In this document: positions 40,701-47,787 of the stretch, in pieces
Layout: each line of letters starts with the position of its first letter
Numbering within the stretch: position 1 is the first letter of the stretch
NCBI GenBank assembly: GCA_965234725.1
Contig: CBDDUX010000007.1
Coordinates: 1-64,000 of the forward strand
Direction: 5' to 3'
DNA length: 64,000 nt
Source of the DNA: Thermoplasmatota archaeon
Lineage (GTDB): Archaea; Thermoplasmatota; Penumbrarchaeia; Penumbrarchaeales; Penumbrarchaeaceae
Program-made: the position numbers and the translations under genes
Notes under the pieces: model-generated
Told to the model about the DNA's origin: nothing
Databases searched by the model: none
What the model saw: only the letters and a program-made list of their open reading frames with translations

Positions 40701-41295
40701 TGAATCATCGAACCTATCCGAGATCGTAGGTTCTGCAGATGGAAGCCAGAGGTCTGTGGCCATCAACGACCTTGAAAATGGTGTTACATACAGGTTCTAC
40801 CTCTCAGCTGTCTATTTTCAGGGAGAGTCGGACCTGGCAGGTCCTGTCGAAGCCACACCCCAGGGATCGGATCCGCCTCCAGGGGTGCCAATTGGGTTTA
40901 ATGCCAAACTGAACGGTACTGGGGTCCTGTTGACCTGGACTCCTCCACCTGGACCGGTATCCGGGTTCAGGATCTACAGGTCCGAGGGAGGGGAAGGGTC
41001 CAGGGTGATGATAACCGAGATACTGAATGGAAATGTGACCTTCCGTGATCTGAATATCTCAGAAGGTGCCAGCTATAGATACTCTATTTCGGCTTTCAAC
41101 GATAATGGAGAGGGGCCAAGGACCATTGATGTCCTGATCACCATCCCCATAAGTGAAGATGAGGAACCGGATGTCGAGCAGAGTCTGGACATCTGGATCT
41201 ATATTGCTATTGGAGCTGCTATCCTTCTCTTTTTAGTTCCCCTTATATTCCTCCTTGCAAGGAGGGATCTGAAAGAGGAACCGTTCGAGGAATGA
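37786..41295 (+). CDS. Surface protein: beta-helix (NosD/CASH-like) + six FN3 domains + C-terminal TM
   Basis: G.GT..DPYII, repeated I.N..F, GNWWSD, six W.PP..GY.IYR..Y.D..V..G..Y.Y units; GGAG RBS before ATG 37786. Confidence 0.88.
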   Translation: MRWNLVSIIVIALIAGAGPLGLINSSGIKENDDRIEAPISSYVAHSTIRIDNSSHLAEMVLLEGWEGNGTKEDPYIIKGLEIDGNSSSYCIYIRYTQEHLIIEDCRLFNGSLGGYYNRYSLVMDYCRNVTIRNCEIDNMDFLDTDKLVISNISWRADESANIDLQYCDNVHLSNIEMRNDTSQIAYCGNIIIEDCLIEGPNVLLSMIGGSWDGGDSIIRNCTFKETYGGGNPEGIRISNNPHIHLYNNHFMKSYPYVYFYGSPDFLETISIPPNNTVNGKPLISVISEDLGWEEVPDDGSYYLFLYSKNITVKDVVLPKDSIGFSALACTGISFDGVSIPADSLRGIFTDQTDMISINDTTFSNAGDGIRMDQVIHFSITNSTFSGCNRGIMLNYAYQSGTYPSEISNCRFNKCDLGLRANDIDSVKLHNCTFNSSGTGMEMERSYGWQICENTFQGSNGSAISMLRGSLENWVYWNIFRDNNIFNGTQLPQVEDTSDLTRWYNPDLEEGNWWSDHRGPDLDRDGIVDKPYLIDEWRVTDPKPLVSFPKTSQKAPEGFEISVENAKVKIMWNPPSEENVPVIKGYHIYRTKSGNITLTRIDVEPDRWSYTDNFVVFGEEYTYWMTSYNLREESEGSEVLTTFVFDRPGIVNNLTYMCNRTTINLSWDPPGFDGGSPIIGYNIHRSLSPIAWTMIGKSDHPWYQDDEIEIGQVYYYFITARNIVGEGDLSGSFMVEAFTTPDPPNVKVDSTGEDYISISWSEPIFTGGTDLVSYKIFRGSDNDTLVYLATVDPSSNSFNDTGLSEGLTYYYAVSSVNSKGESIISRVLNVTVNMIRPDLPRPNSLDAVPGNGNVVLSFQPPELLDDLVLLHYHVYRREVGYEYALISTTVSTRYRDDTVINGITYDYRVTAVYANGESGPTPSVTVIPEAGISPFGLPRDLWISAGNGHVILRWLEPADNRNGSILRYNIYSGESSNLSEIVGSADGSQRSVAINDLENGVTYRFYLSAVYFQGESDLAGPVEATPQGSDPPPGVPIGFNAKLNGTGVLLTWTPPPGPVSGFRIYRSEGGEGSRVMITEILNGNVTFRDLNISEGASYRYSISAFNDNGEGPRTIDVLITIPISEDEEPDVEQSLDIWIYIAIGAAILLFLVPLIFLLARRDLKEEPFEE

Positions 41296-41298
41296 TCC

Positions 41299-43365
41299 TC
41301 AGATATGCTCTTTGATGAAATCAAGGATGGTTTTATACCATACCTGGGAGTTTGCCGGTTTCAGGACCCAATGCCCTTCATCAGGGAAGTAAAGGAACCT
41401 TGATGGAACCTTCATCACCTGCAATGCTGTATATAGGGAGACCCCTTCCGAAACAGGACATCTGAAATCCTGCTCCCCTTGAATTACCAGCATAGGGGTT
41501 TTGAAGTTCTGAACGAACATATGAGGGGAGAATCTCAGGAATGTTTCATGACCCTCATGAGGCATACCGCCGTGTTCCCAGATATCGAACCAGAGCTCTT
41601 CGGTCATGTATGACATTGCTTCCTGATTGAAGATCCCATCATGTGAGATAAGGACCTTGAACCTGTCCGAATGACCCGCGATCCAGTTGATCATGAAACC
41701 CCCGAAACTGGCGCCGGCCGCTGCTATCCGGTCACTATCAATGAAATCGAAGTTCTCAAGAACATGGTCCAGTCCTTTCATCAGGTCCTCGTAGCATCTT
41801 CCACCCCAATCTCCTGAGATCTGGTCAGTGAATGTCTGTCCGTAACCTATTGAACCTCTGGGATTGATCTGGACCACCACATAACCTGGAGAAGCGAAAA
41901 GTTGTGGGTTCCATCTGTAATGAAAATGGTCGAAGAAGGCTGACTGCGGTCCACCGTGGATGATGAAGAGCAGAGGATATTTCTTACCCTGTTGGAAATT
42001 GGGGGGTTTAAGAACGAATCCGTGAACTGGATCATCATCAGCTCCCTTATACCAGAAGGGTTCCATTGAGTTCAGGTCTATCTCTTTTTCAAACAGGGAC
42101 CCGTGGTCTGTTACTCTTTTGGTCTCAACATCGAAATGGTCAGGTTTTCCTTCACCTGATGACAGGTCCACTTCCCTGCCATCATTCAATTCAAGCAGAA
42201 ATAGGTCTGAAGGTGAAGTTGCCGATTCCCTTGAAATGAGGAGCCTGTCATTGGGGAGGGATCTCATATTGTTCTGGAAAATCCCTGAGGTATACTGGAT
42301 GATCCTCTTAGGATCTAGATCCAATCCATAAAGGGACATATACCCTCTATCCGGTGCAAGGAAGAGCAGACCTTTCCCATCCCTTTTCCATATAAGTTCT
42401 GACGGGGACCTGTCAAGATCTTCCGTGAGGACAACTGTCTTGCCAGTGGACCTGTCGTAGATCTTGATCCTCAGTCTATCAGCCTCATATCCTGCTTTTT
42501 CTCCACCCAAGTATGCGATATACCTACCATCGGGAGAATACCTGGGATCCATTTCCAATGCATTTGATACGGATATCCTTACCGGGTCCCCTTCAGGGCG
42601 TATTCCCTTCAATTTCTGTGTGAAAAGAGAATTGTTCGTGGAGATCGCCACAACAGGGTCGGGGTTCATTATGTAAGAGATCTCCTTTCCATCCGGAGAG
42701 AAGGCAATATCCTTGGATCCACCCAGGCTTATAGGGGGAACATCTGTATCCCCAGGTGTCAGATCAACTATCTCTTTTGTCTCAGTGTCAACGATATGGA
42801 GATGGGACCTCTTCCTGAATCTCCAATGGTCCCAATGTCTGTAAAGAAGTTCGTCCTCTATGATCGCTGTGGACTTTTCGTTCACTATACCATAGGTCTT
42901 TGCCTTTACGATCTGGTCCTTCTCCTTTTCAGGGATGCCTTCGATATTTCCATCGAAATGAGGGGACACTACGACCTCCCTTGCGAATGCAATGATCCTT
43001 CCATCCGGAGACCAAACCAGATTTGAAGCTCCTCCTTCCCCTTTTGTGATCTGATATGCTTCCCCCCCTTTACTGAACGGTAGGATCCATATCTGCTGGC
43101 CTTCACTCCTGTCAGAGTTGAAAGCTATCCTGGAGCCGTCAGGGCACCACTTCGGGTCGGAATCCTTATGGTTACCCGGAGTAAGGTCCCTCTCTTCACC
43201 TGAAGCCAGGTCCAATAATATGATTGTCTTTGCGACCTTGTTCTCTTTGTGATCATGGATCGACTCCACAAATACCACGAGCTTCCCGTCGGGATGAACA
43301 TCAGGATCGGAGATCCTTCTAACCCTCATCAGGTCCTTGAATTCAATCGGTCTTTTCCCCTTCAT
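41299..43365 (-). CDS. S9 family peptidase (dipeptidyl/acylaminoacyl peptidase)
   Basis: PD40-like propeller repeats, IHGGP, GASFGG (Ser), DFRC (Asp), EGHW (His). Confidence 0.95.
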   Translation of the reverse strand: MKGKRPIEFKDLMRVRRISDPDVHPDGKLVVFVESIHDHKENKVAKTIILLDLASGEERDLTPGNHKDSDPKWCPDGSRIAFNSDRSEGQQIWILPFSKGGEAYQITKGEGGASNLVWSPDGRIIAFAREVVVSPHFDGNIEGIPEKEKDQIVKAKTYGIVNEKSTAIIEDELLYRHWDHWRFRKRSHLHIVDTETKEIVDLTPGDTDVPPISLGGSKDIAFSPDGKEISYIMNPDPVVAISTNNSLFTQKLKGIRPEGDPVRISVSNALEMDPRYSPDGRYIAYLGGEKAGYEADRLRIKIYDRSTGKTVVLTEDLDRSPSELIWKRDGKGLLFLAPDRGYMSLYGLDLDPKRIIQYTSGIFQNNMRSLPNDRLLISRESATSPSDLFLLELNDGREVDLSSGEGKPDHFDVETKRVTDHGSLFEKEIDLNSMEPFWYKGADDDPVHGFVLKPPNFQQGKKYPLLFIIHGGPQSAFFDHFHYRWNPQLFASPGYVVVQINPRGSIGYGQTFTDQISGDWGGRCYEDLMKGLDHVLENFDFIDSDRIAAAGASFGGFMINWIAGHSDRFKVLISHDGIFNQEAMSYMTEELWFDIWEHGGMPHEGHETFLRFSPHMFVQNFKTPMLVIQGEQDFRCPVSEGVSLYTALQVMKVPSRFLYFPDEGHWVLKPANSQVWYKTILDFIKEHI

Positions 43366-43500
43366 TTAAATCTCCGAATGTTCGAAGGTTGCGAGCTTTA
43401 TATTTCTTTGGCATTATATGGTCGAAGCATTTATTTTTCAATGTATCAAGGACAACCCTTTATAACGAACAGATGATAAAATATCAGGAGTTGATGGATC

Positions 43501-44838
43501 TTGGTTCAAGAATTCAATTGGAAGCTTCACCCAAAAAGTGCCAGAATTCTGGAGGGTCTCGTTGATAGATTCCAAAATGAGATGAAGGATATCCATCAAC
43601 TTCAAAAGGAGCTTTATTCGAAGACTTCCACCAGATTGATGGACTGGATAGATCACTTGCTGGTTCCCTGGAGCTGGGTGGATGAGGAATCCCTGAAAGG
43701 ATCCGGATTCAACATAGAGAATGTGACCATCGGTGATCTGGACCTTGTGAAGGCGACGAATGATAATACGGTCCTTTTTCCGCTTTTCTTGACAGATAAG
43801 AACATAGGAAGATTGTATCTTAAGGTCGAAAATATTGAGGATATCGCTTCAATTTACAACAAGACCGACAGCATTGAGGGGAGGAAATGGGCTCCAAGGA
43901 GAAAACTGATGCTTGGAACCTCAAATAACCTGTCATTGGGGGCCATTGAAAGAAGGGGCTATGATGGATATCTCATTCCTGAATGGGATGATGAGGATGA
44001 TTATTCACGATTCCTTGAAAGATTGATGAAAAGAGACAGGGGGGTGGACGTGGAGCAAGCTTACAGCGATCTGGAAATGATGATCGATGATGGTGTCAGG
44101 GTCTTGGGTAAGGACAGAGCTGCCGATGCATTCTTCTTCGCGGAAAGGAGATACTGGGAGTCTAGGAACGAAGCGGGAAGGATACAATTGAATAGGCAGG
44201 ACCAACTTGGATTGGGTTGGGGAAATATCGATCACCATACATTCAGATGTTCAAGAGAAAACTTCGCTAGGACCATTTCCATACTTGAAAGGATAGGGAT
44301 GAGACCCCGGGAACGTTTCTATGCAGGTGAACAGGCGGGATGGGGAGCCCAGGTCATGGAGCAGAAGGTCAATAACATCTCTGTTTTCGCAGACGTGGAC
44401 CTGACACCCGAGGAAAAGGATAATGATTTTGCTCACAAGAGTTTGGAAGGTCTCGATTCTCTGGGCACAGTTGGTCTTTGGGTGGGACTTCACGGTGAAT
44501 CCATCCCTTGCGCAGGTCTCCACCATCTTGCAGCATTGGTAGATTTCTCAAAGATGACTGAGGATTCCGAAATGGTTGGTATCAAGAACATGGCACCGTT
44601 CTCATCATTCCCATATCTTAGACAATGTTTCACAGAGGGAGAAAACTGGAATTGCAATACCGACAAATCGAAGAAACTCTTTCTAGAAGCCTTGATATCT
44701 AAATCCCAGATGGAGAGGTTCAATTTAATAGGTGCCAGAGGTAGTCATCTTGAGTTCATCGAGAGGAATGATGGCTTCAAAGGGTTCAATCAGACATCTG
44801 TCAGCGATATCATATCAAGGACCGATCCGAGGAAATGA
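43501..44838 (+). CDS. Uncharacterised VOC-superfamily protein, HPPD/HglS-like metal triad
   Basis: IDHHTFR, GLHHLA, LEFIER..GFKGF; TTG start after GGAG. Confidence 0.6.
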   Translation: MVQEFNWKLHPKSARILEGLVDRFQNEMKDIHQLQKELYSKTSTRLMDWIDHLLVPWSWVDEESLKGSGFNIENVTIGDLDLVKATNDNTVLFPLFLTDKNIGRLYLKVENIEDIASIYNKTDSIEGRKWAPRRKLMLGTSNNLSLGAIERRGYDGYLIPEWDDEDDYSRFLERLMKRDRGVDVEQAYSDLEMMIDDGVRVLGKDRAADAFFFAERRYWESRNEAGRIQLNRQDQLGLGWGNIDHHTFRCSRENFARTISILERIGMRPRERFYAGEQAGWGAQVMEQKVNNISVFADVDLTPEEKDNDFAHKSLEGLDSLGTVGLWVGLHGESIPCAGLHHLAALVDFSKMTEDSEMVGIKNMAPFSSFPYLRQCFTEGENWNCNTDKSKKLFLEALISKSQMERFNLIGARGSHLEFIERNDGFKGFNQTSVSDIISRTDPRK

Positions 44839-44850
44839 GAGGGAAAATCC

Positions 44851-46335
44851 ATGGAAGGATACGATTGCGAAGCAAGGAATGATGAGGAGACCATAAGGAA
44901 ATTTGCCTTCGATCGAAGTGGATACAGGTTAACACCGAAAGCAGTAGCCTTTCCCAAGGATGAGGATGAGATATTGTGTCTCATTGAAAATTCCAGGGAA
45001 ACGGGAGTTCCGATCATACCCAGAGCAGCAGGTTCAAATCTATCAGGTAATGCTGTGGGTGAAGGGACCATTGTTGTGATGACAGGTATGAATAAGTTGA
45101 TATCTTCTCAGAACGGAAAGTCCAGGATACAGCCAGGTCTTGTCTATGATAGATTGAATGAACTCATGAAAAACGATGGTTTCTTCCTTCCATACCATGT
45201 CTCATCCTCAGCATTTTGCACGATAGGGGGCAATGTTGCAACAAGAGCTTCCGGTCTGCGGTCGATAAAGTACGGAACAGTTGATAATTCGGTTAGAAAT
45301 ATCAGATTCGTATCTCCTGCCTGGGGTGTTGTCGATACTTCAAAGGATCTTCCAAATGAACTTGAAAGGAAGTTGCTTGAGATCAGGGGAAGATTGCTAT
45401 CAGATAAAGAGGCAATGAAAGAGCTGGATCGTAAGAAGGAACTGAAGACCTCTACCGGATACAATCTCAGGTCATTTATCACGTATAATGAACCGTCAGA
45501 GATGCTTGCACATCTCCTCGTAGGTTCAGTTGGGACACTGGGGATCTTTACAGAGATCGAGGTCAGATTGGAGCCGATCCCTGAAAGAAGGGTGATGGTG
45601 GTCTCCTTCTTCGATTCGATTGTATCCGCAGGCAGAGCGGTTCCCGAACTGAGAAAATTGGAACCATCCCTCCTGGAATTGATGGACGGATTCGGAACAT
45701 CCATTGTGAGGGATGATACCGATATCTTGGTCCCTGAGAATGCTGGAGCTACTCTTCTGATAGAGTTCGATTCTGAGATCGATAAAGGTCTTGAGAACCT
45801 CTATCCGATACTTGAGAAGCATGCACTATATCATCATCTTCTTGAAAATGACGAGGACCAGAAGAGATTGTACAAGCTGAGATGGAAGATGCTCATAGAG
45901 ATCAAGAGGAAGAACGAGACACCTGAAATGAAATACCTCTCATTCGTCGATGATCTGGGTGTTCCAATTGAAGAGATCCCTGAATTCATAGAGGAGGTCC
46001 ATAAGATATTCGAAGAGGAGGATATCCAGGCAGTTATCTATGGACATATCGGAGAAGGGAACCTCCATATCAGACCGCTTATAGAGAAGGATAACTGGAA
46101 AGAAACCATGAAAAGAGTGGGTGCAAAATGCTTCAATTGCGCTTTCAAGCATGGTGGTACCGTTGCTGCGGAACATGGTTCCGGAAGGAACAGACTGGGA
46201 CTTATTGAGGAGGAGTGGGGGGAGGTGGTTTTCGGATATTTCAAGGAGATCAAGGACCTCTTCGATCCCGATGATATAATGAATCCAGGCGTTCTCTTCT
46301 CAAAGGGTGATATCACGGACCATCTCGAGTTTTAA
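44851..46335 (+). CDS. FAD-binding 2-hydroxyacid dehydrogenase (GlcD/D-LDH/D-2HGDH family)
   Basis: PRAAGSNLSG, CTIGGNVAT.ASG, TGYNL, GS.GTLG, GHIGEGNLH, AEHGSG, DP..IMNPG. Confidence 0.9.
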   Translation: MEGYDCEARNDEETIRKFAFDRSGYRLTPKAVAFPKDEDEILCLIENSRETGVPIIPRAAGSNLSGNAVGEGTIVVMTGMNKLISSQNGKSRIQPGLVYDRLNELMKNDGFFLPYHVSSSAFCTIGGNVATRASGLRSIKYGTVDNSVRNIRFVSPAWGVVDTSKDLPNELERKLLEIRGRLLSDKEAMKELDRKKELKTSTGYNLRSFITYNEPSEMLAHLLVGSVGTLGIFTEIEVRLEPIPERRVMVVSFFDSIVSAGRAVPELRKLEPSLLELMDGFGTSIVRDDTDILVPENAGATLLIEFDSEIDKGLENLYPILEKHALYHHLLENDEDQKRLYKLRWKMLIEIKRKNETPEMKYLSFVDDLGVPIEEIPEFIEEVHKIFEEEDIQAVIYGHIGEGNLHIRPLIEKDNWKETMKRVGAKCFNCAFKHGGTVAAEHGSGRNRLGLIEEEWGEVVFGYFKEIKDLFDPDDIMNPGVLFSKGDITDHLEF

Positions 46336-46375
46336 AATGAGAATGTTTTTCTCTCATCAGATGTATGGAAGATGG

Positions 46376-46600
46376 ATGACCACAATCCCCATAGTTGGAT
46401 TCAGGGATAAGACAAAGAAGAAAAGGCTGGAGATCGAGGTCATCGAAGCCACCATGAGGACCGAGGACCTTCCCAAGGAATTCGATTACTTATGCCCGGC
46501 ATGCTTCTTTCAGACCAATGATTTCTCGGTCCTCTGTCCGAAATGCGGTCACAAGGGTCTCAAAGAGAGCGGGAAGGACCGGTTCAGAGTCGTCAAATAA
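46376..46600 (+). CDS. Small zinc-ribbon protein
   Basis: CPAC ... CPKCG. Confidence 0.65.
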   Translation: MTTIPIVGFRDKTKKKRLEIEVIEATMRTEDLPKEFDYLCPACFFQTNDFSVLCPKCGHKGLKESGKDRFRVVK

Positions 46601-46618
46601 AATTCAAGGGAATAGTTA

Positions 46619-46744
46619 TCATCGACACATCGAATGAGTAATGGCATCCCTGGGACAAGCATTTACACAGGCACAGCAGGAGATGCATTTTGAAATATCG
46701 ATGCAATCCGACTTTCCATTCTTATCAACTATCAATATCTTCAT
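46619..46744 (-). pseudogene. Duplicated 3' half of the ferredoxin gene (41-codon open frame)
   Basis: Translates MKILIVDKNGKSDCIDISKCISCCACVNACPRDAITHSMCR*. Confidence 0.85.
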
Positions 46745-47147
46745 ACTTACTGCAGATATCTAACAATTCAGAGGCTTTCATTATCCTGATCTCATTCACA
46801 TTCCTCAAAGATAGCAGATGCCTATCACCGATAACAATAATGTTGGCTTTGGATTCGAGAGCGCACTCAATAATAATATTATCCTTCGGATCCTCCAATA
46901 CGATTTCAACTTTTTCCCGGGGAAGAACAACCTCGAATGATGATATGATAATCTCTATGAACTCTTTCACTTCCGTCTCAGTGAAATCGAACTTATTTCT
47001 GGTCGTAACTCCCATGAATTCCTCAATTATCGATGGTGATATAAATCCATGAAGATCCCCATTCAATATCTTCTGCATCAAAAGGTATTCAGGTCCTTTC
47101 CAACCAAGGGAAGAGATTAGAACGTTCGTGTCAAGAACAACTCTCAT
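46725..47147 (-). CDS. vapC: PIN-domain (VapC-like) toxin
   Basis: MRVVLDTNVLIS, EE, DPKDN..IECA, GD.HLL. Confidence 0.93.
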   Translation of the reverse strand: MRVVLDTNVLISSLGWKGPEYLLMQKILNGDLHGFISPSIIEEFMGVTTRNKFDFTETEVKEFIEIIISSFEVVLPREKVEIVLEDPKDNIIIECALESKANIIVIGDRHLLSLRNVNEIRIMKASELLDICSKYEDIDS

Positions 47148-47427
47148 TCTCTTCTTCCCCTTCTTCTTTCATTTCCTTTCTGACCTCTCTGACAGCGTTA
47201 ACAACATCCTCTCTCGTAATTCCATTAACTTTGAACTTTTCACTTATCCTCTCAGCAAGTTGTTCAAAGGCCTCAGAGGGTGCCTTTTTCTGTTTAACTA
47301 TGATCATCTCATCGTTGTAATAGAACTCCAGCACAGACCCTATGTCTATACCGGTTGCTTTCCTTATCTTCTTTGGAACGGTGATCTGCCCCTGTCGGGT
47401 CACGACTCCACTGCCAGCATATTGCAT
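47131..47427 (-). CDS. AbrB/MazE-fold antitoxin
   Basis: VTRQGQITVPKKIR..GI..G..LEF; overlaps the PIN start; GGTGAG RBS. Confidence 0.92.
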   Translation of the reverse strand: MQYAGSGVVTRQGQITVPKKIRKATGIDIGSVLEFYYNDEMIIVKQKKAPSEAFEQLAERISEKFKVNGITREDVVNAVREVRKEMKEEGEEENESCS

Positions 47428-47436
47428 TTACTCACC

Positions 47437-47461
47437 ATACTATTATTAGTAGGAATAGTAT
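47437..47461 (-). promoter_or_regulatory. Palindromic operator upstream of the antitoxin
   Basis: ATACTATT-N9-AATAGTAT directly upstream of the RBS. Confidence 0.65.
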
Positions 47462-47499
47462 TTATTTTTTCTTTACAAAAAAAGAATCTGTGTGATACC

Positions 47500-47715
47500 T
47501 TATGAACACATCGAATGAGTAATGGCATCCCTGGGACAAGCATTCACACAGGCACAGCATGAGATGCATTTTGAAATATCGATGCAATCGGACTTACCAC
47601 TCTTATCCACTATCAAGATCTTCATCGGGCACGCCTGAGCGCATTCTGAGGATCCTGTACATTTCTCAAGGTCCACGGTCCAAGTGACATCTGCATGTGA
47701 ATAGGTCCTGTTCAT
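47500..47715 (-). CDS. Small dicluster ferredoxin
   Basis: CTGSSECAQACP (second Cys replaced by Ser) and CISCCACVNACP. Confidence 0.9.
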   Translation of the reverse strand: MNRTYSHADVTWTVDLEKCTGSSECAQACPMKILIVDKSGKSDCIDISKCISCCACVNACPRDAITHSMCS

Positions 47716-47787
47716 TTCAATTCCCAGATGGATTATGTAGGTCTAACGATAAATAGGTCATGTTCAAGGGTTTGACTATTGGGCTTC

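Larger units (their letters stand above)
46625..47625. repeat. 120-bp direct repeat pair (46625-46744 and 47506-47625) enclosing the TA module
   Basis: 113/120 identical by manual alignment, offset 881 bp. Confidence 0.95.
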
